This document shows, one piece after another, positions 61,257-64,000 of a DNA stretch of 64,000 nt. Under the pieces are notes generated by a model. That model had not been told where the DNA came from. It did no database searches and saw only the letters and a program-made list of their open reading frames with translations. The DNA is taken from contig NC_052162.1 in the NCBI RefSeq assembly GCF_902713615.1, positions 132,518,653-132,582,652 on the forward strand. Reading direction: 5' to 3'. This DNA is from Scyliorhinus canicula. Its lineage: Eukaryota. Position 1 is the first letter of the stretch; the number at the start of each line of letters is the position of its first letter. The position numbers and the translations under genes are program-made.

Positions 61257-61554
61257 TATCTGGCACAGTAATAGATGGCCGTGTCGTCCACTCTCAGATC
61301 GGAGATTTGGATGTAAGCGGTGTTGCTGACCACAGATGGAGTAAATCGATCTTCAACTCCAGGTGCGAACTCTCGAGGACTGTCATCATGATACAGTAAC
61401 CATTCCAGCCCTTTCCCAGGGACCTGTTTCACCCAGCTTATATAGGTGCTGCTGATGGTGAACCCACTGACTGCACAGGACAGTCTGACAGACTCTCCCG
61501 GCTTTTTCACAACTGACTCAGGCTGTTGGTTCAGCACAATATCGGACCAGGCAC
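61257..61554 (-). CDS. IgW: IgW VH gene segment (rest of leader plus V domain)
   Basis: Acceptor ttttattaacag|GT. Translates (G)AWSDIVLNQQPESVVKKPGESVRLSCAVSGFTISSTYISWVKQVPGKGLEWLLYHDDSPREFAPGVEDRFTPSVVSNTAYIQISDLRVDDTAIYYCAR, with the canonical Cys, Trp and DTAxYYC motif and no stops. Confidence 0.96.
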
Positions 61555-61671
61555 CTGTTAATAAAAGAGAAAAAGAAAATTCACTTTAATAAACCCGTTG
61601 GATAAACAGAGGGTGAAAGAGTCTCTGAATAACCAGCCTCTCTGTGTGGGGTGAAGCCCCGGAACTCTCAC

Positions 61672-61717
61672 CTGTCACACACAGCAGAAGCACACAGAGA
61701 TAAGGAGCAATCCCCAT
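61672..61717 (-). CDS. IgW: IgW leader exon (MGIAPYLCVLLLCVT-G)
   Basis: ATG at 61717-61715, hydrophobic 15-codon core, phase-1 donor G|GTGAGA. Joins in frame to the V exon (G-AWS|DIVLNQ). Confidence 0.92.
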
Positions 61718-61802
61718 CGTCCTGGGGATTCAGACACTGACTCAGACACTCCAGAGATCGGCTGCTTCACAGCGGCTTGGTTTGGAGCTGGAGTGGGTGC
61801 TG

Positions 61803-61810
61803 TTTAAATA
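61803..61810 (-). promoter_or_regulatory. TATA-like element of the VH promoter
   Basis: TATTTAAA on the minus strand about 86 nt upstream of the leader ATG. Position-based inference. Confidence 0.5.
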
Positions 61811-62084
61811 GGGAAGTGGAGGGAGTGAGGGTCCCACAGTTTAAACAGCAGCTCCACCCACTGAAACCAGCACAGCTTCCTGTCTCCGCCCCAGCACACA
61901 TTTCAATCAGCGACAAGTTATTTACTGACACAACAGGAGGCAGATCAGCAGAAATAATAAGATTAAAGATCCAGTCACACTTTGACATGCTTTTTTCCAG
62001 AGTTAAATAGTTTGGTTACACCAGAAAAAGTGTGATATAATTCAGTGAACAGATTACACTGCTCCCGCGTAAGAAGGGACAGAC

Positions 62085-63475
62085 ACAACAGTCAGCATAT
62101 AGATATCTCCCTGAGAGAGAGGGGACTGAGAGACACCAGTCAGTGTACAGATATCTCCCTGAGAGAGAGGGGACTGAGAGACATTAGTCAGTGTACAGAT
62201 ATATCCCTGAGAGAGAGGGGATTGAGAGACACCAGTCAGTGTACAGATATCTCCCTGAGAGAGAGAGAGGACTGAGAGACACCTGTCAGTGTATAGATAT
62301 CTCCCTGAGAGAGAGGGGGGACTGAGAGACACCAGTCAGTGTACAGATATCTCCCTGAGAGAGAGGGGACTGAGAGACACCAGTCAGTGTACATATATCT
62401 CCCTGAGAGTGAGGGGACTGAGAGACACCAGTCAGTGTACAGATATCTCCCTGAGAGTGAGGGGACTGAGAGACACCAGTCAGAGTACAGATATCTCCCT
62501 GAGAGAGAGGGGACTGAGAGACACCAGTCAGTGTACAGATATCTCCCTGAGAGAGAGGGGACTGAGAGACATCAGTCAGTGTACAGATATCTCCCTGAGA
62601 GAGAGGGGGACTGAGAGACACCAGTCAGTGTACAGATATCTCCCTGAGAGAGAGGGGACTGAGAGACACCAGTCAGTGTACAGATATCTCCCTGAGAGAG
62701 GGGGGACTGAGAGACACCAGTCAGTGTATAGATATCTCGCTGAGAGAGGGGACTGAGAGACATCAGTCAGTGTACAGATATCTCCCTGAGAGAGAGGGGG
62801 ACTGAGAGACACCAGTCAGTGTACAGATATCTCCCTGAGAGAGAGAGGGGACTGGGAGACACCAGTCAGTGTACAGATATCTCCCTGAGAGAGAGGGGAC
62901 TGAGAGACACCAGTCAGTGTACAGATATCTCCCTGAGAGAGAGGGGACTGAGAGACACCAGTCAGTGTACAGATATCTCCCTGAGAGAGAGGGGACTGAG
63001 AGACACCAGTCAGTGTACAGATATCTCCCTGAGAGAGAGGGGACTGAGAGACACCAGTCAGTGTACAGATATCTCCCTGAGAGAGAGGGGACTGAGAGAC
63101 ACCAGTCAGTGTACAGATATCTCCCTGAGAGAGAGGGGACTGAGAGACACCAGTCAGTGTACAGATATCTCCCTGAGAGAGAGGGGACTGAGAGACACCA
63201 GTCAGTGTACATATATCTCCCTGAGAGAGAGGGGACTGAGAGACACCAGTCAGTGTACAGATATCTCCCTGAGAGAGAGGGGACTGAGAGACACCAGTCA
63301 GTGTACAGATATCTCCCTGAGAGAGAGAGGGACTGAGAGACACCAGTCAGTGTACAGATATCTCCCTGAGAGAGAGGGGACTGAGAGACACCAGTCAGTG
63401 TACAGATATCTCCCTGAGAGAGAGGGGACTGAGAGACACCAGTCAGTGTACAGATATCTCCCTGAGACAGAGTAG
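62085..63475. repeat. 48-bp tandem repeat (about 29 copies) upstream of the VH promoter
   Basis: Unit CAGTCAGTGTACAGATATCTCCCTGAGAGAGAGGGGACTGAGAGACAC, with a 16-aa period in the spurious ORFs. Confidence 0.95.
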
Positions 63476-64000
63476 ACTGAAATTGTTGTGGACGGCAATG
63501 TGCTGAGGCAGTGAGATTGTGGACATGCCGGAAGGATTTGATGGGAAGGATCCTTCTCACCACCAGCCCAGTGAAAATAAATTCTGTCTTTCGGAGCATC
63601 ATTCCCATCCTGGGAATAAATAACAAACAGAGATAGTTGATCGAAGGTGGATTATAAACTCCTCACCAGTTGCCTTTCCCAAGGTCTGGACAATGAACAT
63701 GACATATGTCTGGGTGTTGGGAAAGGCCCCTCCCACTGTCCTGTTCAGTGGTCAGTCTGAGAGAGGCAGCTCTTTTGATGCAGAGTTTTCAGGGACAGGA
63801 CACAGACACCCAGAGAGGGTTTGGGAAACAGAAGCTCCTCAGTCAGGTGGGCAGCCAAATGATTCCCAATTCTGAGCGTCGCACTTCAGGGAAACGTGAA
63901 TACCTCAGAAAGGATCCAGAGGAGGATTTTACCAGGATGTTTCTGGGGATGAGGGACTTCAGTTGTGAGAAGCCTGAAATGTTTGGACTGTGGCAGAAGG

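Larger units (their letters stand above)
23485..61810 (-). other. IgW: Immunoglobulin heavy-chain minilocus (cluster-type), IgW/omega isotype, germline configuration
   Basis: One L-V-D-D-D-J set followed by six C1-set constant exons, two secretory ends and TM exons within about 38 kb. Cluster organisation is characteristic of cartilaginous fish. Six CH domains, a conventional VH FR2 (WVKQVPGKGLEW) and a Cys-rich post-CH2 tail favour IgW over IgM (4 CH) or IgNAR (no CH1, 5 C domains). Confidence 0.92.

Noticed and set aside
34512-61717. Alternative assignment as IgM or IgNAR
   Set aside because: Six CH exons plus a Cys-rich post-CH2 tail exclude IgM. A full FR2 and a CH1 with a light-chain Cys exclude IgNAR.
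62045-63626. Long ORFs (up to 287 aa) over the 48-bp array
   Set aside because: They are translations of a stop-poor repeat in several frames on both strands.

Overview
Repeat-rich vertebrate genomic DNA with cartilaginous-fish (shark/skate-type) features. The main content is one complete, germline-unrearranged immunoglobulin heavy-chain minilocus on the minus strand (about 23.5-61.8 kb), most consistent with IgW (omega). Its order is leader, VH(RSS23), (12)D(23), (12)D(23), (12)D(12), (22)JH, CH1, CH2, a Cys-rich short secretory exon, CH3, CH4, CH5, CH6 with a canonical secretory tailpiece, TM1 and a probable TM2. Every exon I traced has GT-AG boundaries, compatible phase and no in-frame stop. 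The third D arises from a 366-bp block duplication. The introns and flanks contain large minisatellites (41, 22, 48, 69 and 25 bp units), a young 5'-truncated L1-clade element with a TSD, a Penelope GIY-YIG fragment, CR1/RTE remnants, two tRNA-derived SINE families and many Harbinger-type MITEs. The left 23 kb holds a deleted endogenous retrovirus, decayed Harbinger transposase and Myb-like genes, and an unexplained three-copy module containing a 135-nt exon-like core. All coordinates were derived by hand; no database searches were run.
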